Shown: positions 20,164 through 30,686 of the stretch, one piece after another
How positions within the stretch are numbered: position 1 is the first letter of the stretch
How the letters are laid out: every line of letters begins with the position of its first letter
Assembly: GCA_903927185.1 (NCBI GenBank)
Contig: CAIYLW010000026.1
Coordinates: 22,759-86,758 of the forward strand
DNA length: 64,000 nt
Reading direction: 5' to 3'
From: an uncultured Bacteroidota bacterium
GTDB taxonomy: Bacteria; Bacteroidota; Bacteroidia; Chitinophagales; Chitinophagaceae
Translations under genes and position numbers: made by a program
Notes under the pieces: generated by a model
Database searches by the model: none
Told to the model about the DNA's origin: nothing
The model's input: only the letters and a program-made list of their open reading frames with translations

Positions 20164-20571
20164 ATGAGTACTGTAAAGTATAGTGTTTGTTTAATTGATG
20201 ACGATAAGGTCTATCAATTCACTTCAAAAATGATTCTAGAAGCTACACAGCTTACTAGCAAAATCATTACTTTCTTTAACGGAAAAGAGGCGATTGATTT
20301 TTTTTTAGCCCCTGAAAATCAGCATATTGATATCCTTCCTGATGTAATTTTTTTAGACATCAATATGCCCATCTTGAATGGCTGGAATTTCTTAGAATTG
20401 TTTGATAAAATATATTATTCCCTCCCTAAAAAGATTCTAATTTACGTAGTAAGTTCTTCCGTGGATGATAGTGATATGGAAAGATCGAAAAGCTTTGCTT
20501 GCGTTACAGACTATGTAATAAAACCCATTAATAAGGAAAAATACCGCTTACTACTTTCAGTGCCGGGATAA
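20164..20571 (+). CDS. Single-domain response regulator (CheY-like receiver)
   Basis: LIDDD, FLDINMP (phospho-Asp), VSSS, KP; TATATTTG box upstream. Confidence 0.9.
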   Translation: MSTVKYSVCLIDDDKVYQFTSKMILEATQLTSKIITFFNGKEAIDFFLAPENQHIDILPDVIFLDINMPILNGWNFLELFDKIYYSLPKKILIYVVSSSVDDSDMERSKSFACVTDYVIKPINKEKYRLLLSVPG

Positions 20572-20690
20572 GTTTGTCGTTTTCAATCCACAACTCATTC
20601 ACATTAATTGCATTATTGGCAGAAACCCCCATTTCTATCGAGGGAATATTAACATTTTGCACTAGGTTTGTTGGAACATAAATATGCAGA

Positions 20691-21806
20691 ATGAAATTCA
20701 TTGTTTCTTCCTCCTCTTTGTTAAAACACCTGCAACAAATTAGTGGTGTTATTAATGCAAATACAGTATTACCAATACTGGAAGACTTCCTTTTTGAAAT
20801 TGAGGACAAAAAATTAAGTGTTGTAGCCACAGACCTTGAAACCGTTATGCGTGTTCAGATGGATGTAGAGAGCAAAGTGAATGGAAAAGTTTGTATTCCG
20901 GCTAAAATACTTTTGGATACCCTAAAGAATATTGCGGAACAACCCTTGACTTTCAATATCGATAAGAACTTCTCTGTGGAGATTACCAGCGATAATGGTA
21001 AATATAAAGTTATGGGTGAAAATCCGGATAATTTCCCAAAAGAACCTTCTGCTGATGATACTACCGGATTTAATATGTCTAGTAGTGCTTTACTTACAGC
21101 AATTAATAAAACTTTGTTTGCAGTAAGTGGTGATGATCTTCGCCCAGCTATGACAGGTGTTTTCTTTGAACTAACTAAAGAATACGTTCAGTTTGTAGCT
21201 ACAGATGCCCATCGTTTAGTAAGATATAAACGTATTGATACCAAAGCTTCTAAAGTAGATTCTTTTATAGTTCCTAAAAAGCCTTTGAATCTTTTAAAAA
21301 ATGCATTGCCTGATAATGATGACGAACTAACCATCAGTTATAATAATAACCATCTTTTTGTTCAACACGGCTCCACTCAAATGATTTGTCGTTTGATTGA
21401 CGCTCGTTTCCCTGATTATAAAGTGGTGATTCCAACAGACAACCCTTATAAATTAATTGTTAGCAAAGCAGATTTTCAAGGTGCTTTACGTCGTGTAAAT
21501 GTTTTCTCAAATAAAAGCACCAATCAAGTTGCTTTGAATATCAGTGGTAGCGAATTGCAATTGGCTGCTCAGGATGTTGACTTTAGCTTTGAGGGTAATG
21601 AGCGAATGAATTGTCAATATGATGGAGAAGACCTTCAAATTGCTTTTAATGCCAAATTTTTAATTGAGATGTTGAATGCAGCTGATACGAATGATGTTAA
21701 AATGGAATTATCAACTCCTACTAAGGCTGGTTTAATTAAACCAACTGAACAGGCTGAAGGCGAAGATTTGCTGATGTTGGTTATGCCATTGATGTTAAAT
21801 AATTAG
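20691..21806 (+). CDS. dnaN: DNA polymerase III beta sliding clamp
   Basis: ATDLE, ATDAHRL, RLIDARFPDY, AFNAKFL, LVMPL. Confidence 0.95.
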   Translation: MKFIVSSSSLLKHLQQISGVINANTVLPILEDFLFEIEDKKLSVVATDLETVMRVQMDVESKVNGKVCIPAKILLDTLKNIAEQPLTFNIDKNFSVEITSDNGKYKVMGENPDNFPKEPSADDTTGFNMSSSALLTAINKTLFAVSGDDLRPAMTGVFFELTKEYVQFVATDAHRLVRYKRIDTKASKVDSFIVPKKPLNLLKNALPDNDDELTISYNNNHLFVQHGSTQMICRLIDARFPDYKVVIPTDNPYKLIVSKADFQGALRRVNVFSNKSTNQVALNISGSELQLAAQDVDFSFEGNERMNCQYDGEDLQIAFNAKFLIEMLNAADTNDVKMELSTPTKAGLIKPTEQAEGEDLLMLVMPLMLNN

Positions 21807-21827
21807 AAAAACCATACTATATATGTA

Positions 21828-21857
21828 GCCGTCTCGAGAATTCGAGACGGTTTTTTT
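21828..21857 (+). terminator. Intrinsic terminator after dnaN
   Basis: ccgtctcga-gaat-tcgagacgg followed by 7 T. Confidence 0.85.
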
Positions 21858-21918
21858 GTGCTTTGATAAATCAGGAAAGCAATTATGTTTGTATATTGAA
21901 CGAAAATTGCTTGCCCAA

Positions 21919-22740
21919 ATGATTGAATCAATTGTAAATTATTTCGAACATATTCCTAGTCTACATCGAACTTTAATATTAGCGGGAGGTATTAGTTTTT
22001 TCTGGATCATTGAAAGTTTTTTCCCTTTATTTGGCTTTAGGTATAATAAATGGAAGCATGCTTCTATTAATATATTCTTTACATTAACCACAATTGTTAT
22101 CAATTTTGCCTTTGCATTATTAATCGTAAAAGCAAGTGATTGGGCAATCGGTCGTTATTTTGGATTGATGCAACTAGTATCAATGCCGCTATGGGTATTT
22201 ATGATCCTTGGATTGTTATTGATGGATTTGATTGGAGCTTACCTCATTCATTACATTGAACACAAGGTAAAGTGGATGTGGAAATTTCATATGGTACACC
22301 ATGCAGACACGCATGTAGATACCACAACAGCCAATAGACACCATCCAGGAGAAAGTGTTTTTAGGGCAGTTTTTGCAATGATTGCTGTATTAATTTGTGG
22401 CGCACCAATGTGGTTATTGATGATGTACCAAAGTTTAAGTGCAGTTCTATCACAGTTCAATCACGCAAATATCCGTTTGCCTTTATGGTTAGATAACGCC
22501 ATTGGATGGGTGTTAGTTTCACCAGATATGCATAAGGTTCATCACCATATTGTACGCCCTCAAACTGATAGTAATTACGGGAATATTTTTTCTATTTGGG
22601 ATAAAATTTTCAGGACTTATAATTATACACCTATTGACCAAATTCAATATGGACTTGATGTTTTAGACAATAGTAAGGACGAGAGCTTAGCCTTCCAACT
22701 AAAAATTCCTTTTGATGGAAATGTGAAAACGGATTATTAG
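21919..22740 (+). CDS. Sterol desaturase / fatty-acid hydroxylase family protein
   Basis: His boxes HYIEH, HMVHH, HHP, HAN, HKVHH; NYG; ATG at 21919 preferred. Confidence 0.85.
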   Translation: MIESIVNYFEHIPSLHRTLILAGGISFFWIIESFFPLFGFRYNKWKHASINIFFTLTTIVINFAFALLIVKASDWAIGRYFGLMQLVSMPLWVFMILGLLLMDLIGAYLIHYIEHKVKWMWKFHMVHHADTHVDTTTANRHHPGESVFRAVFAMIAVLICGAPMWLLMMYQSLSAVLSQFNHANIRLPLWLDNAIGWVLVSPDMHKVHHHIVRPQTDSNYGNIFSIWDKIFRTYNYTPIDQIQYGLDVLDNSKDESLAFQLKIPFDGNVKTDY

Positions 22741-22773
22741 TTGTTTCACCCCATCTTTGCATAAATCGTTTTT

Positions 22774-23502
22774 ATGAAGATCGCCGCATTTATTCCAGCA
22801 CGTTATGCAGCCACTCGCTTCCCAGCTAAATTAATGCAGTTGTTAGGTGATAAAACCGTAATTAGACATACCTACGATAATACAGTAGCAACAGGTTTAT
22901 TTGATGAAGTGTATGTAGTAACTGATAGCGATATTATTTTTCAAGAGATCAATAATTATGGTGGTAAAGCTATTATGAGTATTAAAACACATGAGAGCGG
23001 TAGCGATAGAATTGCAGAAGCAGCATTAAATATGGAAGTTGATATTATCGTGAATGTTCAAGGCGACGAACCATTTGTTCAAAGAGAACCTCTGGAAAAA
23101 TTATTAGCTGCATTTTCGGGCAAGGATGGCGATACGGTAAAAGTTGCTTCTTTAATGCAAGAATTAAAGGACCATATATTAATTGAAGATCCTAACTATG
23201 TAAAAGTTACCGTGGACCGCAATATGAATTCACTTTTCTTCTCTAGAAGTGTAATTCCCTACCCCAGAGATAAATCGAATGCTATTTCTTATTACGAGCA
23301 TATTGGCGTGTATGCGTTTCGTAAGGAATCGCTTATACAATTTACCAACTGGCCAATCACAGCTTTGGAAGCAGCAGAAAAAATTGAATGTCTTCGGTAT
23401 CTGGAATATGGTATCCCATTACGAATGGTTGTAACAAATTATATGGGTGTGGAAATCGATACACCGGAGGATTTGATTAAAGCTGCCAAGCTCTTAAAGT
23501 AA
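22774..23502 (+). CDS. kdsB: 3-deoxy-manno-octulosonate cytidylyltransferase (CMP-Kdo synthetase)
   Basis: IPARYAATRFPAK, HESGSDR, NVQGDEP, FSRSVIP, HIGVYAF, EKIECLR. Confidence 0.92.
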   Translation: MKIAAFIPARYAATRFPAKLMQLLGDKTVIRHTYDNTVATGLFDEVYVVTDSDIIFQEINNYGGKAIMSIKTHESGSDRIAEAALNMEVDIIVNVQGDEPFVQREPLEKLLAAFSGKDGDTVKVASLMQELKDHILIEDPNYVKVTVDRNMNSLFFSRSVIPYPRDKSNAISYYEHIGVYAFRKESLIQFTNWPITALEAAEKIECLRYLEYGIPLRMVVTNYMGVEIDTPEDLIKAAKLLK

Positions 23503-23523
23503 ATGGGTAGTGAATTAATAACA

Positions 23524-23598
23524 GCAATCGTTTGAAATTTTTAGGCTGAAACATTTTGCAATGCTTTTACTATCTTTCTGTTTCAAAATAACGATTGC
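23524..23598. promoter_or_regulatory. Two LacI-family-like operator sites upstream of the sugar porter
   Basis: GCAATCGTTTGA (23524-23535) and AATAACGATTGC (23587-23598); both have a central CG and resemble GCAAWCGWTTGC. Confidence 0.5.
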
Positions 23599-23600
23599 TT

Positions 23601-24950
23601 ATGAATCAGAACAAGCTTCTCCGCTGGTCTATTGTGGTAGCCCTTGCAGGTTTTATTTTTGGATTTGATACAGTAGTCATTTCAGGCGCTAACCAGCCTA
23701 TAAAAGAACTCTGGCATACCTCCCCTCTTTTTCACGGTTTCTTTATCATGTCAATGGCCCTCTGGGGAACAGTTATTGGTGCTTTGTTTGGAGGAATACC
23801 AACTGAAAAATTTGGTAGAAAAAAAGTATTGCTTTGGGTAGGAATTCTATTTGCAATATCTGCTTTTGGTTCTGCCTTTGCGAGCAATCCTTATATGTTT
23901 TCTTTCTTTCGTTTTATAGGTGGATTGGGAATTGGTATTTCCTCAGTTGTGGCACCTATTTATATTTCAGAGATTTCAACGCCCGCTACCCGAGGAAAGC
24001 TTGGAGCACTTTATCAATTTAATATTGTATTTGGAATTTTGATTGCGTTTCTATCAAACTATTTTTTACAAGGTTTTGGCGGAGCAAATGATTGGCGTTG
24101 GATGTTAGGTGTATTAGCTGTTCCTTCCATTATTTATACCGCTTTAGTATTTGGTATTTCTGAAAGTCCGAGGTGGTTAATTACTAAAAAAAATGATCAA
24201 GGAGCTGCTAAAAAAATTATGCTCCAGATTGGAGTCACAGATGTTGAGGCAGAAGTAGCAAATATTATTCAAAGCAATCAGCATGATGCCTCTGCTGGTA
24301 AAGCATCTGATTTCTTTAATGCAAAACATAAGAAGATTATTTTCTTAGCATTTTTGATTGCATTTTTTAATCAGGTATCTGGTATCAATTTTATACTATA
24401 TTATGCACCGGAAATTTTAGAGAAAGCTGGATTAGCGGCTAAAGAATCTTTATTCAATTCTATTGCTATCGGTGGCACCAATTTGATCTTCACGTTTGTG
24501 GGATTGTATTTGATCGATAGACTTGGAAGAAAAACACTTTTATTAATTGGTTCTTTTGGTTATATCATCAGCTTATCATTAGTGTCGTATGCATTCTATG
24601 CACATACTGGTCCGATATTTTTAATGACTTTCTTATTGATGTTTATTGCAGCACACGCTGTTGGTCAGGGCGCTGTTATTTGGGTATTTATTTCTGAAAT
24701 ATTTCCGAATAAAATACGCTCAGCCGGACAATCATTTGGAGCGAGTATTCACTGGGTGTTTGCTGCATTAATCACTTTGATTACACCCTATTTTTTAGAT
24801 AAGGATAATGGTATATTTAAAGAAAATCCTTGGCCTATTTTTGCATTTTTTGCAGGAATGATGGTTTTGCAATTGATATGGGTTATTACTAGTATGCCTG
24901 AAACAAAAAATATATCTCTAGAGGAATTAGAAAAGAAACTAATCAACTAA
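23601..24950 (+). CDS. Sugar porter family MFS transporter
   Basis: FGFDTVVISG, FGRKK, PIYISEIS, RGKLG, ESPRW, QVSGIN, DRLGRK, ISEIFP, PETK. Confidence 0.92.
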   Translation: MNQNKLLRWSIVVALAGFIFGFDTVVISGANQPIKELWHTSPLFHGFFIMSMALWGTVIGALFGGIPTEKFGRKKVLLWVGILFAISAFGSAFASNPYMFSFFRFIGGLGIGISSVVAPIYISEISTPATRGKLGALYQFNIVFGILIAFLSNYFLQGFGGANDWRWMLGVLAVPSIIYTALVFGISESPRWLITKKNDQGAAKKIMLQIGVTDVEAEVANIIQSNQHDASAGKASDFFNAKHKKIIFLAFLIAFFNQVSGINFILYYAPEILEKAGLAAKESLFNSIAIGGTNLIFTFVGLYLIDRLGRKTLLLIGSFGYIISLSLVSYAFYAHTGPIFLMTFLLMFIAAHAVGQGAVIWVFISEIFPNKIRSAGQSFGASIHWVFAALITLITPYFLDKDNGIFKENPWPIFAFFAGMMVLQLIWVITSMPETKNISLEELEKKLIN

Positions 24951-24959
24951 ATAAGTAAA

Positions 24960-26447
24960 ATGTATAAGAGTATACTAATCTTAAGCTTGTTCTTTGCAGG
25001 AAAAATTGCTGCTCAACAACAAGCTTTATATAAAGAAACTTATCGACCTCAGTATCATTTTAGTCCTTCTAAAAATTGGATGAACGATCCAAATGGATTG
25101 GTATTTAAAAATGGAACGTATCATTTATTTTTTCAGCATAATCCATTTGGAAATGTTTGGGGTCATATGAGTTGGGGCCATGCAATTAGCAAGGATTTGA
25201 TTCATTGGACAGAGTTACCACTGGCACTAGCAGAAGAAAATGGCATTATGATATTCTCAGGATCAGCAGTTCTTGATAAAGCAAATACTTCCCATTTTTC
25301 AAATTCAAAAGATAAACAACCTTTAGTTGCAATATATACTGCGCATACAGATACTTTGCAAGCTCAATCCCTGGCATTTAGTAATGACGATGGGTTGACC
25401 TGGAAAAAATTTGAAGGAAATCCTGTATTGGATTTGAATAAGAAAGATTTTAGAGACCCCAATGTGTTTTGGTATCAAGCCAAAAGACAATGGGTCATGG
25501 CCGTATCTCAGCCCTTGGAACATCAAATTTCATTTTATGCTTCAAACAATTTAAAACAATGGAAATTGTTGAGCAATTTTGGTCCTTCGGGTGACTTAAG
25601 CGGTGTTTGGGAATGTCCAGATTTAATGCAAGTACCAATTGAAGGACAGCCAGGAAAAACAAAATGGGTTTTATTCACTTCTCAGAATAGTACTATGCAA
25701 TATTTTGTAGGTGAATTTGATGGCACCAATTTTTTAGTTGATAAAGCTAATTCTACCATCCATAAACAAGACTACGGTACAGATTATTATGCTGCTGTAA
25801 CTTATCATAACACTACAGATAAACAACCAATTAGTATTGGATGGGTAAATAATTGGGAATATGCGAATACCATTCCAACAGCACCTTGGAAGAGTGCCAT
25901 GTCGTTACCAAGAAAGCTTTCAGTAAAAAAAATAGGCCATGATTGGGTGTTGGTTCAACAACCCGTTCTAGCTCTTGAAAATCTTCGATTAATAAAGGAA
26001 AATATTTCAAATACTACTGTTTCCAAAGAATTAATTTTGGCTCAAAAGGGCAACAGCTTTGAAATGGAATTAAACATGATTCCATCAAAAAATGCCATTG
26101 GGGGAATTAAACTAGCAGTTGGGAATGGGCATTATTTTGAAATAGGCTATGATGCTGCAAGGGAAATAATATTCATCGACAGAGCAAAAACCAATCAATC
26201 CTTTAATGCTAAATATGCTTCTATCAATAGAAAAGAAGCTTCGCTCAAAACAAAACAAGGTAAAATTAAATTGCATATTTACTTTGATGAATCGATCATT
26301 GAAATTTATACTGCCGATGGAACTGTTGTATTTACTGCTCAAGTTTTTCCTGGAAAATCAGAAACGGGATTGGAGTTTTATAGTAACGGCTCAGCAATTC
26401 AGTTCGAAAATATCCATTACTGGAAAATGAAATCAAGTTGGTTTTAA
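24960..26447 (+). CDS. Glycoside hydrolase family 32 (levanase / beta-fructosidase), secreted
   Basis: WMNDPNG, WGHMSWGHA, FSGS, FRDP, WECPD catalytic motifs; signal peptide. Confidence 0.92.
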   Translation: MYKSILILSLFFAGKIAAQQQALYKETYRPQYHFSPSKNWMNDPNGLVFKNGTYHLFFQHNPFGNVWGHMSWGHAISKDLIHWTELPLALAEENGIMIFSGSAVLDKANTSHFSNSKDKQPLVAIYTAHTDTLQAQSLAFSNDDGLTWKKFEGNPVLDLNKKDFRDPNVFWYQAKRQWVMAVSQPLEHQISFYASNNLKQWKLLSNFGPSGDLSGVWECPDLMQVPIEGQPGKTKWVLFTSQNSTMQYFVGEFDGTNFLVDKANSTIHKQDYGTDYYAAVTYHNTTDKQPISIGWVNNWEYANTIPTAPWKSAMSLPRKLSVKKIGHDWVLVQQPVLALENLRLIKENISNTTVSKELILAQKGNSFEMELNMIPSKNAIGGIKLAVGNGHYFEIGYDAAREIIFIDRAKTNQSFNAKYASINRKEASLKTKQGKIKLHIYFDESIIEIYTADGTVVFTAQVFPGKSETGLEFYSNGSAIQFENIHYWKMKSSWF

Positions 26448-26522
26448 ACAAATGTTAGGATTGTTAGCTTATTTTTGAATTGATGTATCTTCGCACTATC
26501 AATTAAGTTTAAATAGTGATTT

Positions 26523-27599
26523 ATGTCAACTTTCCGCAATTTTAAAATGGTTAGCTATGTGGTATATGGCCGCGGTAGTTTTAATCAATTGGATGAAATT
26601 TTAGCACCTCAACGAAATGGGGAAGCTCCCATGATATTTTTAGTAGACCATTTTTTTGAAGGCAAACCTTTAGCGAGCCGAGTTCCATTAAGAGGTAAGG
26701 ACAAGATCATTTTTGTTGATGTTACTTATGAGCCAAAAACAACACAAGTAGATAAATTAGCACAAGGATTGCAAGACGAGTTTGGAACTATAAGTGGTGT
26801 GATTGGAATTGGTGGCGGGTCTGCAATGGATTTAGCAAAAGCAGTTGCATTGATGATGAATAACCCTGGATCATCAGCTGATTATCAAGGATGGGATTTG
26901 GTAAAACAGGCAGGTGTATATAAAGTAGGTATTCCTACACTAAGTGGTACCGGTGCTGAAGTAAGTAGAACAACGGTGTTAACTGGTCCGGTAAGAAAGC
27001 TAGGGATGAATTCTGATTTTACTCCTTTCGATCAAATAGTATTGGATCCGGAATTAACTAAAGATGCGCCGATTAATCAGCGTTTTTATACTGGAATGGA
27101 TTGTTATATCCATTGTATTGAAAGTTTAGAAGGCACTTTTCTAAATGAATTTAGTAAGAGTTATGGTGAGAAAGCTTTACAATTATGTCAGAAGATATAT
27201 GTTGAGAAAAACCATTGGGATGAAGAAAGTGATGATCAATTAATGATGGCCTCTTATGCTGGTGGAATGAGTATTGCCTATTCACAAGTAGGGGTTGCAC
27301 ATGCAGTGAGTTATGGTTTGAGTTATTTATTAGGCACTAAACACGGTATTGGAAATTGTATTGTAATGAATCATCTTGAAGAATATTATCCAGCAGGTGT
27401 GAAGGAGTTTAAATGGATGGTAGAGAAGAATAATATTGAAATTCCAGTTGGAATTTGTAAGGGTTTGTCGGAAGCAGATTTTGAAAAGATGATTAATGTA
27501 TCCATGGGAATGAAACCCCTTTGGGAAAACGCATTGGGTAAGGATTGGGAAAAGATCATGACTCGCGAAAAGTTACGTACGCTCTACGATAAATTATAA
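26523..27599 (+). CDS. kdnB: Iron-containing alcohol dehydrogenase family; KdnB-like Kdo 8-oxidase
   Basis: GGGSAMD, GTGAE, MDCYIH, AHAVSY and KHG metal ligands. Segments GRGSF, PGSSADYQGWDL, GPVRKLG and MMASYAGGMSIAYSQVG match my recollection of Shewanella KdnB. Confidence 0.7.
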   Translation: MSTFRNFKMVSYVVYGRGSFNQLDEILAPQRNGEAPMIFLVDHFFEGKPLASRVPLRGKDKIIFVDVTYEPKTTQVDKLAQGLQDEFGTISGVIGIGGGSAMDLAKAVALMMNNPGSSADYQGWDLVKQAGVYKVGIPTLSGTGAEVSRTTVLTGPVRKLGMNSDFTPFDQIVLDPELTKDAPINQRFYTGMDCYIHCIESLEGTFLNEFSKSYGEKALQLCQKIYVEKNHWDEESDDQLMMASYAGGMSIAYSQVGVAHAVSYGLSYLLGTKHGIGNCIVMNHLEEYYPAGVKEFKWMVEKNNIEIPVGICKGLSEADFEKMINVSMGMKPLWENALGKDWEKIMTREKLRTLYDKL

Positions 27600-27627
27600 T
27601 TAACTGAATTTTTAAGTATAGTATGTT

Positions 27628-28119
27628 ATGTCGATACGTATTTTCATCACCGGAGGCACATTTGATAAAGAATATAATGAGTTAAATGGACAGTTGTATT
27701 TCAAAGACACGCATATTAATGAGTTATTGAAATTAGGGAGGTGTAGAGTAGATGTAGATATCCGAACCTTAATGATGGTGGATAGTTTAGAAATGACCGA
27801 CGATGACCGACAATTAATTGCACGCCAGTGTCAGAATTCAGATGAAGACAAAATCATCATCACACACGGTACAGATACAATGTCTGAAACGGCAGCAGTT
27901 TTGGCCAAAGAAACTTCTAATAAGACAATTGTATTAACTGGTGCCATGATTCCCTATAAATTTGGCAGTTCTGATGGGTTATTCAATTTAGGAAGCGCTT
28001 TAGCTTTTGTGCAAGCATTGCCTAAAGGGGTTTATGTTGCTATGAATGGACGTTATTTTACTTGGGATAATGTTCGTAAGAATAAACAGACGGGAGGATT
28101 TGAAGAAATCAATCCATAA
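27628..28119 (+). CDS. Short-chain L-asparaginase (catalytic N-domain only)
   Basis: TGGT and HGTDT motifs, LTGAM, SDGLFNL; 163 aa. Confidence 0.85.
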   Translation: MSIRIFITGGTFDKEYNELNGQLYFKDTHINELLKLGRCRVDVDIRTLMMVDSLEMTDDDRQLIARQCQNSDEDKIIITHGTDTMSETAAVLAKETSNKTIVLTGAMIPYKFGSSDGLFNLGSALAFVQALPKGVYVAMNGRYFTWDNVRKNKQTGGFEEINP

Positions 28120-28124
28120 ATACA

Positions 28125-30524
28125 TTATTCCAAATCCATCGACCGGTATACATTAGTATAGTGTAATATTTTTTTAAATAATTCTTCCGGTAAAAAAGGT
28201 TTTACCACCACATCATTGATTCCAATTTTTTCGATACGTTGTTCTATTTCTTTTGGTGGACTTGCTGTTAATGCAATAATAGGGATAGTAATATCTCTGT
28301 CTCTTAAAATTTTGGTGGCAGTAAAACCATCCATTATAGGCATATTCAAATCCATTAATATCAGCTTGTGCCTTTTTAAATCAATCATGTCTAAACATTC
28401 CTGTCCGTTTAAAGCAACATCTACTGAAGCGCCCCATCTTTCCAAAAAGTTAACTGCTACTAAAATATTTACTTCACTGTCTTCTACTAATAATATGTCG
28501 ATATTTTTTAACGGCATAACTTCTTCAGAGGGTAATTGCTGATATTGCTCGGGACTAATTGTAAGGTTATTACTTAAAAGAAAACTTTGAGTGAAAGAAA
28601 AAATGGAACCTTTACCTAATTCGCTTTCTAGTTTAAGTTCAATACCCTGTAAGTTTAGTAACATTTTAGTAATTGCTAAGCCCAAGCCAGTTCCACCAAA
28701 GCTTCTAGAAGTGGAAGAATCTGCTTGTGTAAATCTTTCAAAAATAAATTGCTGTTGTATTTTATCAATTCCAATTCCTGTGTCTTGAATTATAAACAGA
28801 ATCTTAATATTTTCGTCATTCTTTTCAAGTACTGTTATTGTGAAAATAACTGTTCCTTTTTTTGTAAACTTAATGGCATTGTTTAAAAGGTTATTGAGTA
28901 TTTGAGTAAGTCTTGTAGGGTCGCCCAATACCGAAAGTTGGTAGGATGGATCATAATTTAAGATCAATTCATTCTGCTTATCGCTGGCATAGGTTTTGAA
29001 TCCATTAATAATATTTTTACAAATTTTAATTAGATTCATTTCAATTGATTCGAAATTTATTTTTCCGGCCTCAATTTTATTGTAGTCTAAAATATTATTG
29101 ACAATAGATAAAAGATTGTTAGCAGAAAATACCATTACATTTAAGTACTCTTCTTGATCTTTTCGAGGTTTATCGCGTAATAATAAATTGGAAAGACCAA
29201 TGACTGAATTTAATGGTGTTCTTATTTCGTGCGACATTGTAGATAAAAACTCACTCTTGGCTTGTAACCCTTGTTCCGCATCATTTTTTGCCTTCTTTAG
29301 AATAAATGCAAATCGATAAGAAAGTATTAAAGATTGTAAGAAAAAGAATGTGAAATAGCATATAAAAATCAAACCTTTTTGCGCAGTTGTAATTCCAAAA
29401 TGCTCTAATACTATTAATATAGTAACGATTAAGCCAATAGTTGTTCCCCATAAAGAATAATTTGCTCCAATTCTTTTATGTTGAGCGGCTTTAATGTAAA
29501 CATAAAAAACATAGAGAAAAAAGACCAACATGGCAATCAGGAAATAATTAATGACAGCAGTAGAATAGATGGTTGGTAATAATAACGTAATGGCACTGAA
29601 TCCAATGCTGAAAACAATCATTAATTTTAATACTATCTTATTAAATTCTTCTGGGTATAGATACCATGTATAAAATGAAAAAGTAAATGCACTGGCATAT
29701 AGACTTAAATATTCTAATTGAAAAGTAAACCAAAATGATAGGTTAGGAAAGATATGATGCAATTCATAACCACCACCACCAATAATTCGAAGGCTATAAG
29801 AGATACAAAATAGCGAGAAGTATAAAATAGCTTTATCGTGTTTTCCAAATAAGTAGAGACCAAAAAAGAAAAGGCCTCCCATGAATAAACAACCTGTGAG
29901 CAAAAAATCGTAGGATTTACTTTTATCATCCATCAGTATCATTTTTGTACGATTACCGATTGCAATTTCTTTATAAGGGCCACCTTTTGCATGCCAGTAG
30001 TTGGCGATTTGCAAAACTAATACAAGACTGTCTTTATCAATTTCCAGAGGAAGTGTTTTACTAACCCAATTAACTTTTGAAGTGGCTTTACTAGTATCTG
30101 GAATACCATTCAATGAAAAAACTTTCCCATTCACATAAAGTCGATAGCTTGAATAAACATCAGGAATAAAAAGAGCTAAATCGTTTTTATTTTTTGGTAG
30201 TAATACTTTCAGATAATAAGTGGCATAACCAATTGAAGGTAGTTGAACACCATTCAACTTTGTATCATTCCACATATTAGGATATTCAGTAAAAGTAGTT
30301 TTCGAATTGATACTATCAGGTGTTACCAATTGATGCCAATAAAATGCCCACTCACCTTTCATGCTAATAGTGGTGTTTGATAGATCAGTTTGGCGCAAAT
30401 CTAGAACCGCTCTTTTTGCAATAGGTAGGGTGTCGGCCTTTGTATTTGTAGTTGCAAAAAGGAAAAAAAATAGCCAGGTAAGCGCTATTGATTTAGGTTT
30501 ATTGGCTCGCTTTAGTAACCACAT
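28125..30524 (-). CDS. Hybrid sensor histidine kinase (extracellular sugar-binding-like domain + 7TM-DISM-like + HisKA + HATPase + receiver)
   Basis: GEWAFYW; about 7 TM; [29 protein letters not shown]; MDLNMP receiver; ATG at 30524 preferred. Confidence 0.88.
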   Translation of the reverse strand: MWLLKRANKPKSIALTWLFFFLFATTNTKADTLPIAKRAVLDLRQTDLSNTTISMKGEWAFYWHQLVTPDSINSKTTFTEYPNMWNDTKLNGVQLPSIGYATYYLKVLLPKNKNDLALFIPDVYSSYRLYVNGKVFSLNGIPDTSKATSKVNWVSKTLPLEIDKDSLVLVLQIANYWHAKGGPYKEIAIGNRTKMILMDDKSKSYDFLLTGCLFMGGLFFFGLYLFGKHDKAILYFSLFCISYSLRIIGGGGYELHHIFPNLSFWFTFQLEYLSLYASAFTFSFYTWYLYPEEFNKIVLKLMIVFSIGFSAITLLLPTIYSTAVINYFLIAMLVFFLYVFYVYIKAAQHKRIGANYSLWGTTIGLIVTILIVLEHFGITTAQKGLIFICYFTFFFLQSLILSYRFAFILKKAKNDAEQGLQAKSEFLSTMSHEIRTPLNSVIGLSNLLLRDKPRKDQEEYLNVMVFSANNLLSIVNNILDYNKIEAGKINFESIEMNLIKICKNIINGFKTYASDKQNELILNYDPSYQLSVLGDPTRLTQILNNLLNNAIKFTKKGTVIFTITVLEKNDENIKILFIIQDTGIGIDKIQQQFIFERFTQADSSTSRSFGGTGLGLAITKMLLNLQGIELKLESELGKGSIFSFTQSFLLSNNLTISPEQYQQLPSEEVMPLKNIDILLVEDSEVNILVAVNFLERWGASVDVALNGQECLDMIDLKRHKLILMDLNMPIMDGFTATKILRDRDITIPIIALTASPPKEIEQRIEKIGINDVVVKPFLPEELFKKILHYTNVYRSMDLE

Positions 30525-30632
30525 AAAAATGATAATTAAATTCAGCTGGATAAACCAACTTGAAGACAAATAAAAGTAAACAACTTTTATTTAATTGGTA
30601 CATATATAATAAAATCGTTAAATAATTTTAAT

Positions 30633-30661
30633 AAAAAAGCCACCCTATTTTGTAGGGTGGC
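30633..30661 (-). terminator. Intrinsic terminator after the OmpA/MotB-family gene
   Basis: gccacccta-ttttg-tagggtggc with a T6 tract on the minus strand. Confidence 0.8.
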
Positions 30662-30686
30662 AGTAGAATTTGGGTTAGCCTATCTA

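Noticed and set aside
20572-20690. Replication origin near dnaN
   Set aside because: No dnaA gene and no cluster of DnaA boxes; only one degenerate match.
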